Source of the DNA: Candidatus Poribacteria bacterium
Lineage (GTDB): Bacteria > Poribacteria > WGA-4E > PCPOR2b
Direction of reading: 5' to 3'
NCBI GenBank assembly: GCA_965116925.1
Contig: OZ220744.1
Location: forward strand, 1,792,001-1,856,000
Length of the DNA: 64,000 nucleotides
In this document: positions 10,098 to 20,193 of the stretch, piece by piece
How the letters are laid out: the number at the start of each line of letters is the position of its first letter
How positions within the stretch are numbered: the stretch's first letter is position 1
The notes under the pieces: generated by a model
The model's database searches: none
The model's input: only the letters and a program-made list of their open reading frames with translations
Told to the model about the DNA's origin: nothing
Program-made: the position numbers and the translations under genes

Positions 10098-11786
10098 TCA
10101 GAATAGACCTTTGAATTGCATCTGCTCATTAGCAGGAATATTACGCCACTTGGCGGCAGACCACGGGGAAATGTCCCACAATTTGATGGTTCCATCAATT
10201 GCCCCCGATGCGAGCATATCTCCAGTTGGTGAATATGTTATAGAGCAAATCCAACCTTCATGTTTCTCAAATGTAGCTATCTCCTGTCCGGCTTCAACTG
10301 ACCAAAGTTTGATGACATAGTCATTAGTTCCCCAAGCAATCACATCTCCAATTGGCGAAATAGCTACCTCCCAGCCCAAATCTTGGTATCCGTTAAATGT
10401 AACTATCTCCTGTCCTGTTTTTGTTGACCACAGTTTGACAGTATCATCCTCTGATCGTGACGCAATTATATCTCCAGTTGGCAAAAATGCTACCCACCAG
10501 ATCCAATCTTCGTGTCCATAAAATGTAGCTATTTCCTGCCCTGTCTTAATTGACCATAGTTTTATGGCTCCATCCTGTGCCCCCGATGCAAGCATGTCTC
10601 CAGTTGGTGAATACGTTACGCAGTTAATTCGACTCTCGTGTCCGTAAAATGTAGCTATTTCCTGTCCTGTCTTAATTGACCACAGTTTTATGGCTCCATC
10701 CTCTGCTCCTGATGCAATCATATCCTCAGTTGGAGAAAAAGCCACAGGCCAGACACCGTATCTGTATCCCTCAAATGTAGCTATCTCCTGTCTTGTCTTA
10801 ATTGACCATAGTTTGCCGGTGCCTCCTGCAACCAAAGCAATCGTATCCCCGGTTGGCGAAAAGCCTGTCCACCAGACCCTACCTTTCGGTCTCTCAAATG
10901 TAATTATTTCCCGTTCTGCTTCAATTGACCACAGCCTGACAGTTCCATCATCCGCCCCTGATGCAATCGCATCTCCGACTGGCGAAAAGGCTACTGAATA
11001 CACCCGCTTTCCGTGTCCCTTAAATGTAACTATCTCCTGTCCTGTTTTAGTTGACCACAGTTTGACAGTTCCATCCTCCGCTCCTGATGCAAGCATATCT
11101 CCTGTTGGTGAATATGCTACCGAACTGACCCTAGCTTCATGAGAGAAGATAGCGATTGGTCGTTTAGCTACAGCCCGTCGTCTTTGTTCGACCTTCTCTT
11201 TCTGTTTTTCGGTTTCAATCCATCTTTCGTATTCGCTAAGAATTTGTAATGCTACACTACTTGAGCTGCCTTTAAGAAATTCGACAGCTATCTGTTTGAT
11301 AAGTCCATCATCGAAACCATTTTGACTATATAGGAGATATTGAATAAGGGGAAGGAATTGATCAAATGAATCAGGATAAATCTGGAGTTGGACAAACAGT
11401 TGATAAACTGCTCTGTTCCTTACGTTCGGATTGTTTAATTTTAACCGAGGTTCAAGATAAGCGGACAATTTACCGTTAAGTCGCTTTAGTTGGTCAGCAG
11501 TTCGCATGTCAGGTTTCTTGGTAGCTGCTTCTATAATTGTCTGAAGGTTGGTGCTTTCTTCTTTCCCCCTCAAAAGAGCATGGCAGTTTCCACAGAGGGT
11601 CATGCCGTTGTCAATCTCGGTAGCAAAATCAGGATATTTTTCTAACGGTTTGATATGGTGTATATGAAGGTTGAGATGTACTCCACATACACGACAGGCA
11701 TCTCCATCGCGCTTTCTGACATCTAGTTTCCACCGTTTATATTCTGGTGATTTGCGGATATCTTGCATAAGGGTTGCCCATTTCAT
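10098..11786 (-). CDS. HNH endonuclease fused to an 8-repeat WD40 beta-propeller
   Basis: RDGDACRVCG...HHIKP...NGMTLCGNCH zinc-binding HNH domain, a helical linker, and about 42-aa WD repeats ending in LW. Confidence 0.9.
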   Translation of the reverse strand: MKWATLMQDIRKSPEYKRWKLDVRKRDGDACRVCGVHLNLHIHHIKPLEKYPDFATEIDNGMTLCGNCHALLRGKEESTNLQTIIEAATKKPDMRTADQLKRLNGKLSAYLEPRLKLNNPNVRNRAVYQLFVQLQIYPDSFDQFLPLIQYLLYSQNGFDDGLIKQIAVEFLKGSSSSVALQILSEYERWIETEKQKEKVEQRRRAVAKRPIAIFSHEARVSSVAYSPTGDMLASGAEDGTVKLWSTKTGQEIVTFKGHGKRVYSVAFSPVGDAIASGADDGTVRLWSIEAEREIITFERPKGRVWWTGFSPTGDTIALVAGGTGKLWSIKTRQEIATFEGYRYGVWPVAFSPTEDMIASGAEDGAIKLWSIKTGQEIATFYGHESRINCVTYSPTGDMLASGAQDGAIKLWSIKTGQEIATFYGHEDWIWWVAFLPTGDIIASRSEDDTVKLWSTKTGQEIVTFNGYQDLGWEVAISPIGDVIAWGTNDYVIKLWSVEAGQEIATFEKHEGWICSITYSPTGDMLASGAIDGTIKLWDISPWSAAKWRNIPANEQMQFKGLF

Positions 11787-11834
11787 AAAGGGATAACAAT
11801 CGTTATCCTAGACTTGCCTCTGATTGTATCATTT

Positions 11835-12620
11835 TCAAATCTGTTTACGTGAATCAATAATCCGCAGCAGATGGCTTGCAAAAATTATCATTTCGGCTGC
11901 TTCTTCTGCGGTGACATTAACATCTCGGTGACTGAAGGGATTTTTATAATAGCCGATTGCCCCGCTAAACAAGGCCGATACAGCTCGCCTTTCTGCTTCC
12001 GGTTGATCAGGATCGGTTAAATTACCATTTTCAACATGAAATGCTTTACGCATTAAATCAGTCCCATAATCCGTCTCTGCATATTCCCCGGCTTCACGGA
12101 CGGCGATTTCGACCTCTTTGAATCCTTGAAAGACTGCAACATCATAGTCACCTCGCAAGAACAGCGGCCACACCTTTTGAGCAATTATAGAATGAAGTTG
12201 GGGTTGCGGTAAAAGGGCTGCTTTGCGATAGGCTTCTAAGTCCTTGTTCGTCTTAATGCCTTTGCCTCGTCTGGTAACGAAATATGTGGTTACTAGACCT
12301 GCGGACCGTTCACGCGATAAGTTAGTTGGTCTTGGAGCAACAAACCCTTCATGTTCCAACCACTGCCAAGCTTCCTTGAGTGCAAAGAGAATCTCATCGC
12401 CTTGTTTGGGTGGGTATTTTTGACGCATTTCTTGACATTTTTCGCTTGGCATTTCCTCGAATAACCTTGACATGGGATCAGATGATATGACATTCTCTAT
12501 GATTATGTTTTGACTGCCCTCTAAAGATACTAAAAGGTGTCCGGCGAGTTCCTCTAGTTCAGCATCTAATAAAGATTCTGCATCTGGAAATGTTTCAAAT
12601 AGCTTTGGGAATATTTGCAT
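11835..12620 (-). CDS. TIGR02391 (Hypoth_Ymh) family protein
   Basis: AVFQGFKEVEIAVRE...GTDLMRKAF...LFSGAIGYYKNPFSH...ASHLLRIID. Confidence 0.85.
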   Translation of the reverse strand: MQIFPKLFETFPDAESLLDAELEELAGHLLVSLEGSQNIIIENVISSDPMSRLFEEMPSEKCQEMRQKYPPKQGDEILFALKEAWQWLEHEGFVAPRPTNLSRERSAGLVTTYFVTRRGKGIKTNKDLEAYRKAALLPQPQLHSIIAQKVWPLFLRGDYDVAVFQGFKEVEIAVREAGEYAETDYGTDLMRKAFHVENGNLTDPDQPEAERRAVSALFSGAIGYYKNPFSHRDVNVTAEEAAEMIIFASHLLRIIDSRKQI

Positions 12621-12626
12621 AATCTG

Positions 12627-13124
12627 TTACCTTCCTTCACTACCCCTACCATTTTGATACATCCAGCTAAGATTATCTTGAGCTGCAGAGTAACCTTGTT
12701 CAGCAGCTTTTTGATACCACCTGACAGCCTCCACATCGCTTTGGGGGACACCCTTACCATTTTGATACATCCAGCCGAGATTGTCTTGGGCTTTGGCGAG
12801 ATTGCCGTCTTGTGCAGCTTTACGATACCACTTGACCGCTTTCACATCGTCTTGCGTAACACCCCTACCATTTTGATACATCCAGCCGAGGTTATCTTGG
12901 GCTATGGCGTAATCTTGTTCGGCAGCTTTACGATACCACTTAATTGCCTCTTCATCATCTTGTGGGACACCCCTGCCATTTTGATACATCCAACCCAAGT
13001 CATTTTGGGCTGCCGGATCTCCACCTTCGGCAAGTTCTTGCAATTGCTTTAATGTTTCTGTTTCCGGTGTTTGTTTATCGGCTTTAAGCTGTGGATGTGT
13101 TGATGATGTGGGGTCATCTGGCAT
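12627..13124 (-). CDS. Sel1-repeat protein
   Basis: Four AQxxLGWMYQNGxG repeats, the last incomplete. Confidence 0.9.
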   Translation of the reverse strand: MPDDPTSSTHPQLKADKQTPETETLKQLQELAEGGDPAAQNDLGWMYQNGRGVPQDDEEAIKWYRKAAEQDYAIAQDNLGWMYQNGRGVTQDDVKAVKWYRKAAQDGNLAKAQDNLGWMYQNGKGVPQSDVEAVRWYQKAAEQGYSAAQDNLSWMYQNGRGSEGR

Positions 13125-13151
13125 GGGACTTTTCCTTAAAATTTGCGGTAA

Positions 13152-13928
13152 TTACTCTTGACCAATCATGCCTTCCAAAGGACTCGACGCTGTCGCGTAG
13201 AGTTTTCTCGGAATCCGTCCCGCCAGAAATGCTGCCCTGCCTGCCTCGACCGCCTTTCGCATGGCGGTTGCCATCAGTACCGGTTGACGCGCTTTGGCAA
13301 CCGCGGTGCTGAGGAGGACGCCGTCGCAGCCGAGTTCCATCGCGATTGCTGCATCGGAGGCGGTTCCGACTCCCGCATCGACAATCACGGGGACGCTGAC
13401 GATGTCGCGGATGATTTGTATATTGTACGGATTGCGGATACCCATGCCTGAACCGATCGGTGCCCCCAACGGCATGACTGTGGCGCACCCGATGTCTTCC
13501 AACTTCTTGCACGTAATCGGATCATCGTTGCAGTAGGGCAGCACGGTGAACCCATCTTTGACAAGCGTCGCTGCGGCGGATAACAACTGTTCAACATCGG
13601 GAAATAGGGTCTGGTCGTCGCCGATAACTTCCAACTTGATGAGTGAGGTTTCGAGTGCCTCACGTGCGAGTTGCGCTGTCAACACGGCATCCTTGGCTGT
13701 GAAACAGCCGGAGGTATTTGGTAAAATTGTATATCCCTTCTCGCGGAGGAGGTTGAACAGATTTTCCCCTGAAGCGTCGCTGAGTTTCACCCGGCGCATG
13801 GCGACGGTAGCGATTTCTGCACCGCTCGCTTCAAGTGACCGCATCATCAGGTCGAAATTGGGGTAACCGGCTGTGCCGATTAGCAGTCGTGATTGATAAA
13901 CGGTATCACCAATTTTTAGTCCTTCCAT
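13152..13928 (-). CDS. thiG: Thiazole synthase
   Basis: [37 protein letters not shown] and ATASSP motifs. Confidence 0.98.
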   Translation of the reverse strand: MEGLKIGDTVYQSRLLIGTAGYPNFDLMMRSLEASGAEIATVAMRRVKLSDASGENLFNLLREKGYTILPNTSGCFTAKDAVLTAQLAREALETSLIKLEVIGDDQTLFPDVEQLLSAAATLVKDGFTVLPYCNDDPITCKKLEDIGCATVMPLGAPIGSGMGIRNPYNIQIIRDIVSVPVIVDAGVGTASDAAIAMELGCDGVLLSTAVAKARQPVLMATAMRKAVEAGRAAFLAGRIPRKLYATASSPLEGMIGQE

Positions 13929-13979
13929 CTTTTTCCTCTTTCGTATTCTTTCATCAATTTCTATAGCTATAAGGCAAGT

Positions 13980-15098
13980 TCAGGTAGTATCAGCCGGTTC
14001 TTCATAGTTAAACTCGACTTTACTTTGTTTAATTACCTCATCGAGAATACCTTGTAAGTAACCTTCCTGCACTGCTTCATTAAACCTGTTTTTCAGAACA
14101 GGAAGATTGATAATTTCTTCAACACAGTTCATGTATTTCCTAACTATAGCCGTTATGAGGTATTGTTTCTCTGCTCCGGCCTGAAGTCTTTGTCTGAGAA
14201 CACTAACAGATTCTTCGGACTTGATAACGAAGGATATAGGATACCGTTCGATTTTATCGATATCCAAGAAGTATTTTCTTACGTCTAGGGTTTCTGTCAC
14301 CTGAAAGAATCTGCCCAAGGGACGCATAACAAAGTCTATACCGCCATCATTGGCATTGGTGCGACCAGTTTTGTAGAGTTTGAGGTTTTCTTCCTCGACG
14401 CTCTCCAGATTGAAACCGAAATAAATGGTTTGATTGCTGTAGTAATATTTTAGGATGGCGTAACTGACAATTTCAAAGATACGCGCGTCCACGTTTGGTC
14501 CGAGGAGGCTTATAATAAATACTTCTACATTTTCTGTGCTTTCTTCATTAATGCTTTTCAAACGTTCGCATGTTTGAATAAACGCCTCAAATGCACTCCG
14601 CTTCGTCTCTATATAGCGATCCACAATATTGATAATAGAGTTTGCGATATTGTAGGAATCGCCTATAGCGGAAATCTTTAGAAGATTTTCGTTGATCCAA
14701 TAACGCTTTGTTTCAACATCGCGTAAAATTGGAATATACTCGGTTTGTGGAAAATACTTCCGAAAATCGCTGTTCATGCGGTGGTTAAGTGCATGATTTT
14801 GTAGCTTGTTACCAAAAGGCAATTCTCTTTGACGTTTGAATAAGTCTGTAAATGCCGCCCCTCGATAATTTGAGTAGCCACTGTGTTGATCGAATCCGTG
14901 GTTGAGATAATCTTCAATCAGCACATAGAGCGCGTAAAGATTGGCAAAGCTACCTCTTGCTTTTGACCCACGCGTTGCAGATATGGTTTTGATGTTTAGA
15001 TATTGCAAAAGCTCACTTTTTTCAAAAATATCTTCTGCTGCTTCACCAAAATCAGAGCGTAAAACAGCTTGAATTTGCTGCGTAAATTCGTGTTCCAT
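13980..15098 (-). CDS. Putative type II restriction endonuclease
   Basis: Directly abuts the MTase gene. RIFE...NANDGGIDF...FFQVT resembles a PD-(D/E)xK core. Visibly AT-rich. Confidence 0.7.
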   Translation of the reverse strand: MEHEFTQQIQAVLRSDFGEAAEDIFEKSELLQYLNIKTISATRGSKARGSFANLYALYVLIEDYLNHGFDQHSGYSNYRGAAFTDLFKRQRELPFGNKLQNHALNHRMNSDFRKYFPQTEYIPILRDVETKRYWINENLLKISAIGDSYNIANSIINIVDRYIETKRSAFEAFIQTCERLKSINEESTENVEVFIISLLGPNVDARIFEIVSYAILKYYYSNQTIYFGFNLESVEEENLKLYKTGRTNANDGGIDFVMRPLGRFFQVTETLDVRKYFLDIDKIERYPISFVIKSEESVSVLRQRLQAGAEKQYLITAIVRKYMNCVEEIINLPVLKNRFNEAVQEGYLQGILDEVIKQSKVEFNYEEPADTT

Positions 15099-15962
15099 CT
15101 AGTTTCCCTCGAATAATTTGAGGGTCTGTTGAGTTGGGGGCACTTGTTCCTCATAGGAGCGAGGTTCTCGTTTCAATTCTTCCCCTCTATAATGTGTCAT
15201 TATTTGAAGCCTTCTCAGTCCAATTTTAACGTAATCTTCCTCTATCTCTATCCCAATTGATTGACGCCCTAATTTCTTCGCAACGAAACATGTAGTGAAT
15301 GTACCAGCGAAAGGGTCCAGAACAAGATCGCCGGGGTTTGAACTTGCGCGAACAATTCGCTCAAGCAGAGCAACAGGTTTCTGAGTCGGATGTTGTTCGT
15401 ACTCATCCATTCTGTAGCGGACACGCGGAAATTCCCAAACATTGCCCGGCACTTTTCTTGAGCTATATTGTGTAGGGACCGGCTTTCGGTAATCGATTAA
15501 TTTGCGCTTTGCACCTGTCTTTGCCTCAACAAGGATGTCATCTGCGTTGAAAGTGTATTGCTGCTTATCTTTTACACAAAAAAGGATGGGTTCATACAGG
15601 GAACCGTAATATTTTTTCGCTTGGACCCCCGAACTATCATAAGACCAAACAATGCGAGAAAGAATGCGGATTTTACCCCGAAGGTAGATGTCAAAGTAGG
15701 GCATATTCTGGGTGGCAGCCATGAGATAGAAACTACCTCTGTCTTTCAGTTTACGGAGGCAAAGGTCAATCCACTTGTAGCACCATTCGAGATACACTTT
15801 TTCAGAAGTCCACTTGTCTTTTCTACCGTTGAAGTTTTTACCGATGTTGTAGGGAGGATCTGCAAAAATTAAGTCTACTGAGCTATCAGGAATTTTGCTC
15901 GACAAAGCATCAAGTGCATCTCCCCAAATTATCAGATGATTCCCTTTTTCCAAGGCTTCCAT
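15099..15962 (-). CDS. yhdJ: Beta-class adenine DNA methyltransferase, YhdJ-like
   Basis: DPPY motif before HPTQKP and DPFAGTFTT. Segments SRIVWSYDSSGVQAK and LVEAKTG match E. coli YhdJ as I recall it. Confidence 0.9.
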   Translation of the reverse strand: MEALEKGNHLIIWGDALDALSSKIPDSSVDLIFADPPYNIGKNFNGRKDKWTSEKVYLEWCYKWIDLCLRKLKDRGSFYLMAATQNMPYFDIYLRGKIRILSRIVWSYDSSGVQAKKYYGSLYEPILFCVKDKQQYTFNADDILVEAKTGAKRKLIDYRKPVPTQYSSRKVPGNVWEFPRVRYRMDEYEQHPTQKPVALLERIVRASSNPGDLVLDPFAGTFTTCFVAKKLGRQSIGIEIEEDYVKIGLRRLQIMTHYRGEELKREPRSYEEQVPPTQQTLKLFEGN

Positions 15963-15987
15963 AACATCCTCATCTCGGATTGAATTC

Positions 15988-16194
15988 CTATCCCCCTTGC
16001 GCTGCTCGAATAATCTCGATTTCGCTTTCCGGTTGAATTTCTATTTCCGTCCACTGTGTTCTAGGGATCACCTCTTGTTCGATTGCGACAGCAATCCCCG
16101 GTCGGGAGGGGTCTATTTCTAGACTCAAGAGCAACTGATGGAGGGTGAGCCCCGGTGAAACTTCTTTGGTTTCGCCGTTTACTTTTATGTTCAT
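15988..16194 (-). CDS. thiS: Sulfur carrier protein ThiS
   Basis: 68 aa, MNIKVNGE N-terminus and C-terminal GG. Confidence 0.95.
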   Translation of the reverse strand: MNIKVNGETKEVSPGLTLHQLLLSLEIDPSRPGIAVAIEQEVIPRTQWTEIEIQPESEIEIIRAAQGG

Positions 16195-16209
16195 GTGTTC
16201 CCTCCGAGA

Positions 16210-17367
16210 TCAAAAAAAACGAGATAGTTGAAAAGGTGCGATGGTTTCTGAAGTTTCGCCTCTCAAGATGAGTGAGGCGATTTCACGGGCGGTGACGGGG
16301 GTGAGTAGGATGCCGTTGCGGTAGTGTCCGGTTGCCATGATGAGATTTTTGACACTGGTTTCGCCGAGAATTGGTGCGTTGTCTCGACTACCGGGACGCA
16401 AGCCGGTCCATGTCTCTAGCACAGGGAGGTCATATATCCCCGGAACAGCTTCCCAAGAACCTCTGAGGAGTTCAAATAAGCCACCTGCCGTGAGTCGCGT
16501 GTCAAAATCCATTTCTTCGTTCGTTGCACCGATTACCAAGCGTCCGTCATCTTTTGGAACCAAATAGACATCTGTTGGATACTTAGCACGCGGTGCGCGG
16601 ATAACTTTTTCCAGAACAATTCCTTCTTCCATCTGCAATGCAAGCATCTGTCCCTTGACTGGACGGACCGGTGGTTGCACAGTTTTCGGCAAGCCGTCAA
16701 TATCGTTTGACCAGCAGCCCGCCGCTAGCACAATGACATCGGCTTCTTCTAAATTACCTTTGACCCAAATGCCCGCTGCTTTTCCGTCCACGACCTCAAT
16801 TTTGTTGACGGGTGTGTTTTCGTGAAGTATCCCGTTCGCGTTTCGATATGCCTCAATCAGTGCATCAACCATCCCTCGATTGTCAACTTGATGGTCATCC
16901 CTACTCCAGATGGCTGCGGTGATTTTAGGGGAGAGCAGCGGCTCCATCTCACGCGCTTCTGCACCTGTGAGCCACTCAACTTTCAGGTTTAAGAGTTGTT
17001 GAGATTCGTAGAGGTGTTCCAACTCGCGTGCGTCGTCCCGATCTACTCCGACGATGAGTGTTCCTTCTGCCCGGTAGCCGACGCTCATCTGACTATCGGC
17101 TTCTAACTCGGCGACCCATTCTGGATACATTCGGCAGCTTTGAACGCCCAATCTGAGGAGTGCGCGTTCCTCAAAATGGACTTCCGCGTGGGGTGCTAGC
17201 ATTCCCGCTGCCGCCCACGACGCGGCACGTCCGGCTTGATCGCGTTCATAAATTGAAACGGTGCAACCAGTCTTCGCTAGCTGCCAGCCGATACCGAGTC
17301 CGATTACCCCGCCGCCGACGATGATGACCCGTTTATTTGAGTATGGGTTGTAGATTGGCATAGTCAT
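16210..17367 (-). CDS. thiO: Glycine oxidase
   Basis: GGGVIG FAD motif, ASWAAAGML, RPVKGQ and GHYRNGILL. Start codon uncertain. Confidence 0.93.
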   Translation of the reverse strand: MTMPIYNPYSNKRVIIVGGGVIGLGIGWQLAKTGCTVSIYERDQAGRAASWAAAGMLAPHAEVHFEERALLRLGVQSCRMYPEWVAELEADSQMSVGYRAEGTLIVGVDRDDARELEHLYESQQLLNLKVEWLTGAEAREMEPLLSPKITAAIWSRDDHQVDNRGMVDALIEAYRNANGILHENTPVNKIEVVDGKAAGIWVKGNLEEADVIVLAAGCWSNDIDGLPKTVQPPVRPVKGQMLALQMEEGIVLEKVIRAPRAKYPTDVYLVPKDDGRLVIGATNEEMDFDTRLTAGGLFELLRGSWEAVPGIYDLPVLETWTGLRPGSRDNAPILGETSVKNLIMATGHYRNGILLTPVTAREIASLILRGETSETIAPFQLSRFF

Positions 17368-17500
17368 AGACAGAAGTCCAAGCCGTTTTTTAATCAAAGG
17401 AGCCGTCCCCAGAAAGGGGTTTATTGCAGATGGTAGTCTGTCTAATTTTATCGCACTTTTACCCCCTCTGCAATGAAAAAATATCTATTTGGAAATTCCG

Positions 17501-17529
17501 TTGCGTCTTTCTGCCATTTGTGCTATACT
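17501..17529 (+). promoter_or_regulatory. Sigma70-type promoter for rpsA
   Basis: TTGCGT-N17-TATACT with a TG extension. Confidence 0.55.
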
Positions 17530-17661
17530 ATATGTGTTTAACCTATGTCAGAAATTTCGATCTATCTAGGTCATTAGTCACCTTGAAAAAAGGAGGAGCT
17601 GGTGAATCAAATCTATCGAATCTAATGCCGTCATCGGGTTTTGAATAGAGCCAGTTACGTG

Positions 17662-19746
17662 ATGAACGAGGATTCAAAAAAGGAACAGGAAACAACAGAT
17701 CAGCCCACAGCCGAAGTGGAAGCCACCGATGCAGTTGAGACTGAAGAGGAGCTGGGCTCTTCTCCAGTGGAGGACAATGACACTCAGTCAGACGAGCAAC
17801 CTGCGGAAGCGGATCCGGCACAGGGGGCACAACCAACGGAGGAGACGGAGGAAAGGGACGAGGAGATTCCTCTGTCTGAAGGCGAATCGGGCGAAACCGA
17901 GACGACCGATGCGACCGCCTCTGTTGATGAATCGACAACAGTAGAAGCATCTGCCGATGCGCCGGAAGCGACACCGGAGCTTACAGAAATCGAATCCCTT
18001 GAAGAGGCTTATGATAATTCTCTTAAAGCTTTTTCAGAAGGAGAAATTGTCAAGGGAACGGTGATTAACGTCGATCATGACGAAGTTATGGTTGATATTG
18101 GATTCAAGTCAGAGGGATATATCCCGATATCGGAATTTCCAGTTAGTGACGAGAGGACACCCACTGTAGATGTTGGTGACCAGATTGATGTGTACATTGT
18201 CCGTAGAGAAGATTCCGAAGGTCAGCTTGTTTTATCGAAAGAGATTGCTGACCAGAAATTGGTTTGGGATGAAATCACTGTGGCTTACGAAGCGGGACGA
18301 GTTGTGACAGGAACCGTCGTGCAGCGCATTAAGGGCGGGCTGCAGGTAGACCTCGGTAAGTTACGGGCTTTCCTGCCGGCATCTCAAGTTGAATTGCGGC
18401 CTCCACAAGATTTTGAGCAATATATCGGTCAGACACTTGAGGCGAAAGTTGTTAAACTGAGCAAGCGTCGCCGCAATATTGTCTTGTCACGCCGTGTGAT
18501 TCTCGAAGAGGAGTTAGCCGCACAAAAGACTGCTCTCTTTGAGAACATTGAAACGAACCAAATCCGACCCGGGGTTGTAAAGAGCATCACGACTTTTGGT
18601 GCGTTTGTTGATCTCGGTGGTATTGATGGCTTGCTCCACAAAACAGATATGTCGTGGCGTCGAGTGAACCATCCGTCCGAAGTCGTTACCGTGGGAGATG
18701 AGATAGAGGTAATGGTTATCTCCGTTGACCGTGACACGGAGAAGGTCTCTCTCGGATTAAAGCAGAAGACGCTGGATCCATGGGAATCGGTTGAAGAGAA
18801 ATACCCCATTGATTCGACCGTTACAGGAAAAGTGGTAGGCATTGTCAACTATGGGGCATTTCTGGAGTTGGAAGAGGGGGTTGAAGGACTCATCCATATA
18901 TCAGAGATGTCGTGGACACGGCGAAACATTGCGCCGTCAAAAGTTGTTGCAAAAGACGATGTCATTGACGCAGTTGTTCTGGATATTGACAAAGGCAACC
19001 AGAAGCTATCCCTTGGATTGAAGCAACTCCATCCCAACCCTTGGGAGCTTTTGGAGACAAAATATCCTGTCGGCACAAAGCTCACGGGGCGTGTACGCAA
19101 TCTGACCAATTTTGGTGCGTTCGTTGAAATTGAAGAGGGAATTGATGGCTTGATCCATATTTCGGATCTCTCTTGGTTAAAGCGAATTGTTGATCCGCGC
19201 GAGGTTCTTAGGGAAGGTGATGAAGTTGAGGTCATGGTCTTAAGCATCGATTCGGCGCAACAGAAGATTTCGTTAGGGCTCAAGCAGATCGAGCCTGATC
19301 CGTGGATAGAAGTTCCGAATAAGTACAAAGTTGGATCTGTGGTTCGTGGTAAAGTTGTGAATATCACCAGTTTTGGTGTGTTTGCACAGCTCGAAGATGA
19401 TATTGAAGGCTTAATCCATATTTCGGAGCTCGCTGAACAGCGCATTGAAAAGCCAGAAGATATCGTTTCGGTTGGAGAGGAATTGAATCTGAAAGTGATT
19501 CACTTAGATCCAACTGAACGGCGAATTGGCTTGTCTTTGAAAGCCGCACAGGCTGAACAAGAGCGTGCAACCATTACTCAGTATCAGCAAGAGCAGGAAG
19601 AACGCTCGCAGCCGCAAGAAAAAGACCGGGAGGAACTGACTGCGTTTGGAGGCCTATTAAGGCAAGAACTAAATAAATCCGGGTCTGAAGAGGATTCTGA
19701 AGAGAGTTCCGAAGAAAATTCGGAGGAAACCTCTGAAGAAAAATGA
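17662..19746 (+). CDS. rpsA: 30S ribosomal protein S1 with acidic terminal extensions
   Basis: Six S1 domains (VDIGFKSEG, AFLPASQ, repeated GAFVx...GLxHISE). Start is 17641 or 17662. Confidence 0.97.
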   Translation: MNEDSKKEQETTDQPTAEVEATDAVETEEELGSSPVEDNDTQSDEQPAEADPAQGAQPTEETEERDEEIPLSEGESGETETTDATASVDESTTVEASADAPEATPELTEIESLEEAYDNSLKAFSEGEIVKGTVINVDHDEVMVDIGFKSEGYIPISEFPVSDERTPTVDVGDQIDVYIVRREDSEGQLVLSKEIADQKLVWDEITVAYEAGRVVTGTVVQRIKGGLQVDLGKLRAFLPASQVELRPPQDFEQYIGQTLEAKVVKLSKRRRNIVLSRRVILEEELAAQKTALFENIETNQIRPGVVKSITTFGAFVDLGGIDGLLHKTDMSWRRVNHPSEVVTVGDEIEVMVISVDRDTEKVSLGLKQKTLDPWESVEEKYPIDSTVTGKVVGIVNYGAFLELEEGVEGLIHISEMSWTRRNIAPSKVVAKDDVIDAVVLDIDKGNQKLSLGLKQLHPNPWELLETKYPVGTKLTGRVRNLTNFGAFVEIEEGIDGLIHISDLSWLKRIVDPREVLREGDEVEVMVLSIDSAQQKISLGLKQIEPDPWIEVPNKYKVGSVVRGKVVNITSFGVFAQLEDDIEGLIHISELAEQRIEKPEDIVSVGEELNLKVIHLDPTERRIGLSLKAAQAEQERATITQYQQEQEERSQPQEKDREELTAFGGLLRQELNKSGSEEDSEESSEENSEETSEEK

Positions 19747-20193
19747 CTCTGAGCATTTATCGAAAAACCCTTTAGGTCTAAACCCCAAACATTTATGTTT
19801 GGAGCAGTTGGAGCGAAGTCTATACAGAATTTTTCTGTAAATATATCTTAAGACCTTACCGTTATCCTTCCCCTGATGCTTAAAGCCTTTCGTGGCTAGT
19901 AACAAGTGGTTCTCATCTTTTCACCATGGTACGCCTTTGTTGATGCGTATCGCTTACCACGCCTCATGCTAGTCCGTCTGCGTGCTAGATTAAGCAGGCA
20001 AGTCAACGGATGCAGAATTGGCAAACTTCCTCAAGGGTTGAGTGATAGGGTGCTATCCTCAGCAATACTCCGGTAAAATTCTTGCGAAATCTCTAATAAT
20101 TGATAAGGATTTCCATGCCTATAGACCGGAGGATAAGAATGTATTTAGCAGGGGCACAGATTCGGTATGGTTAGTCTGAGCCTTTTTGCTGCT

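Noticed and set aside
10098..11140. WD40 repeats as a CRISPR array or DGR target
   Set aside because: The repeats are in-frame coding units. There is no reverse transcriptase, cas gene or non-coding template repeat in the window.
17368..17640. TPP riboswitch upstream of thiO
   Set aside because: No CTGAGA...CCTGAT...AGGGAA consensus seen on the minus strand.
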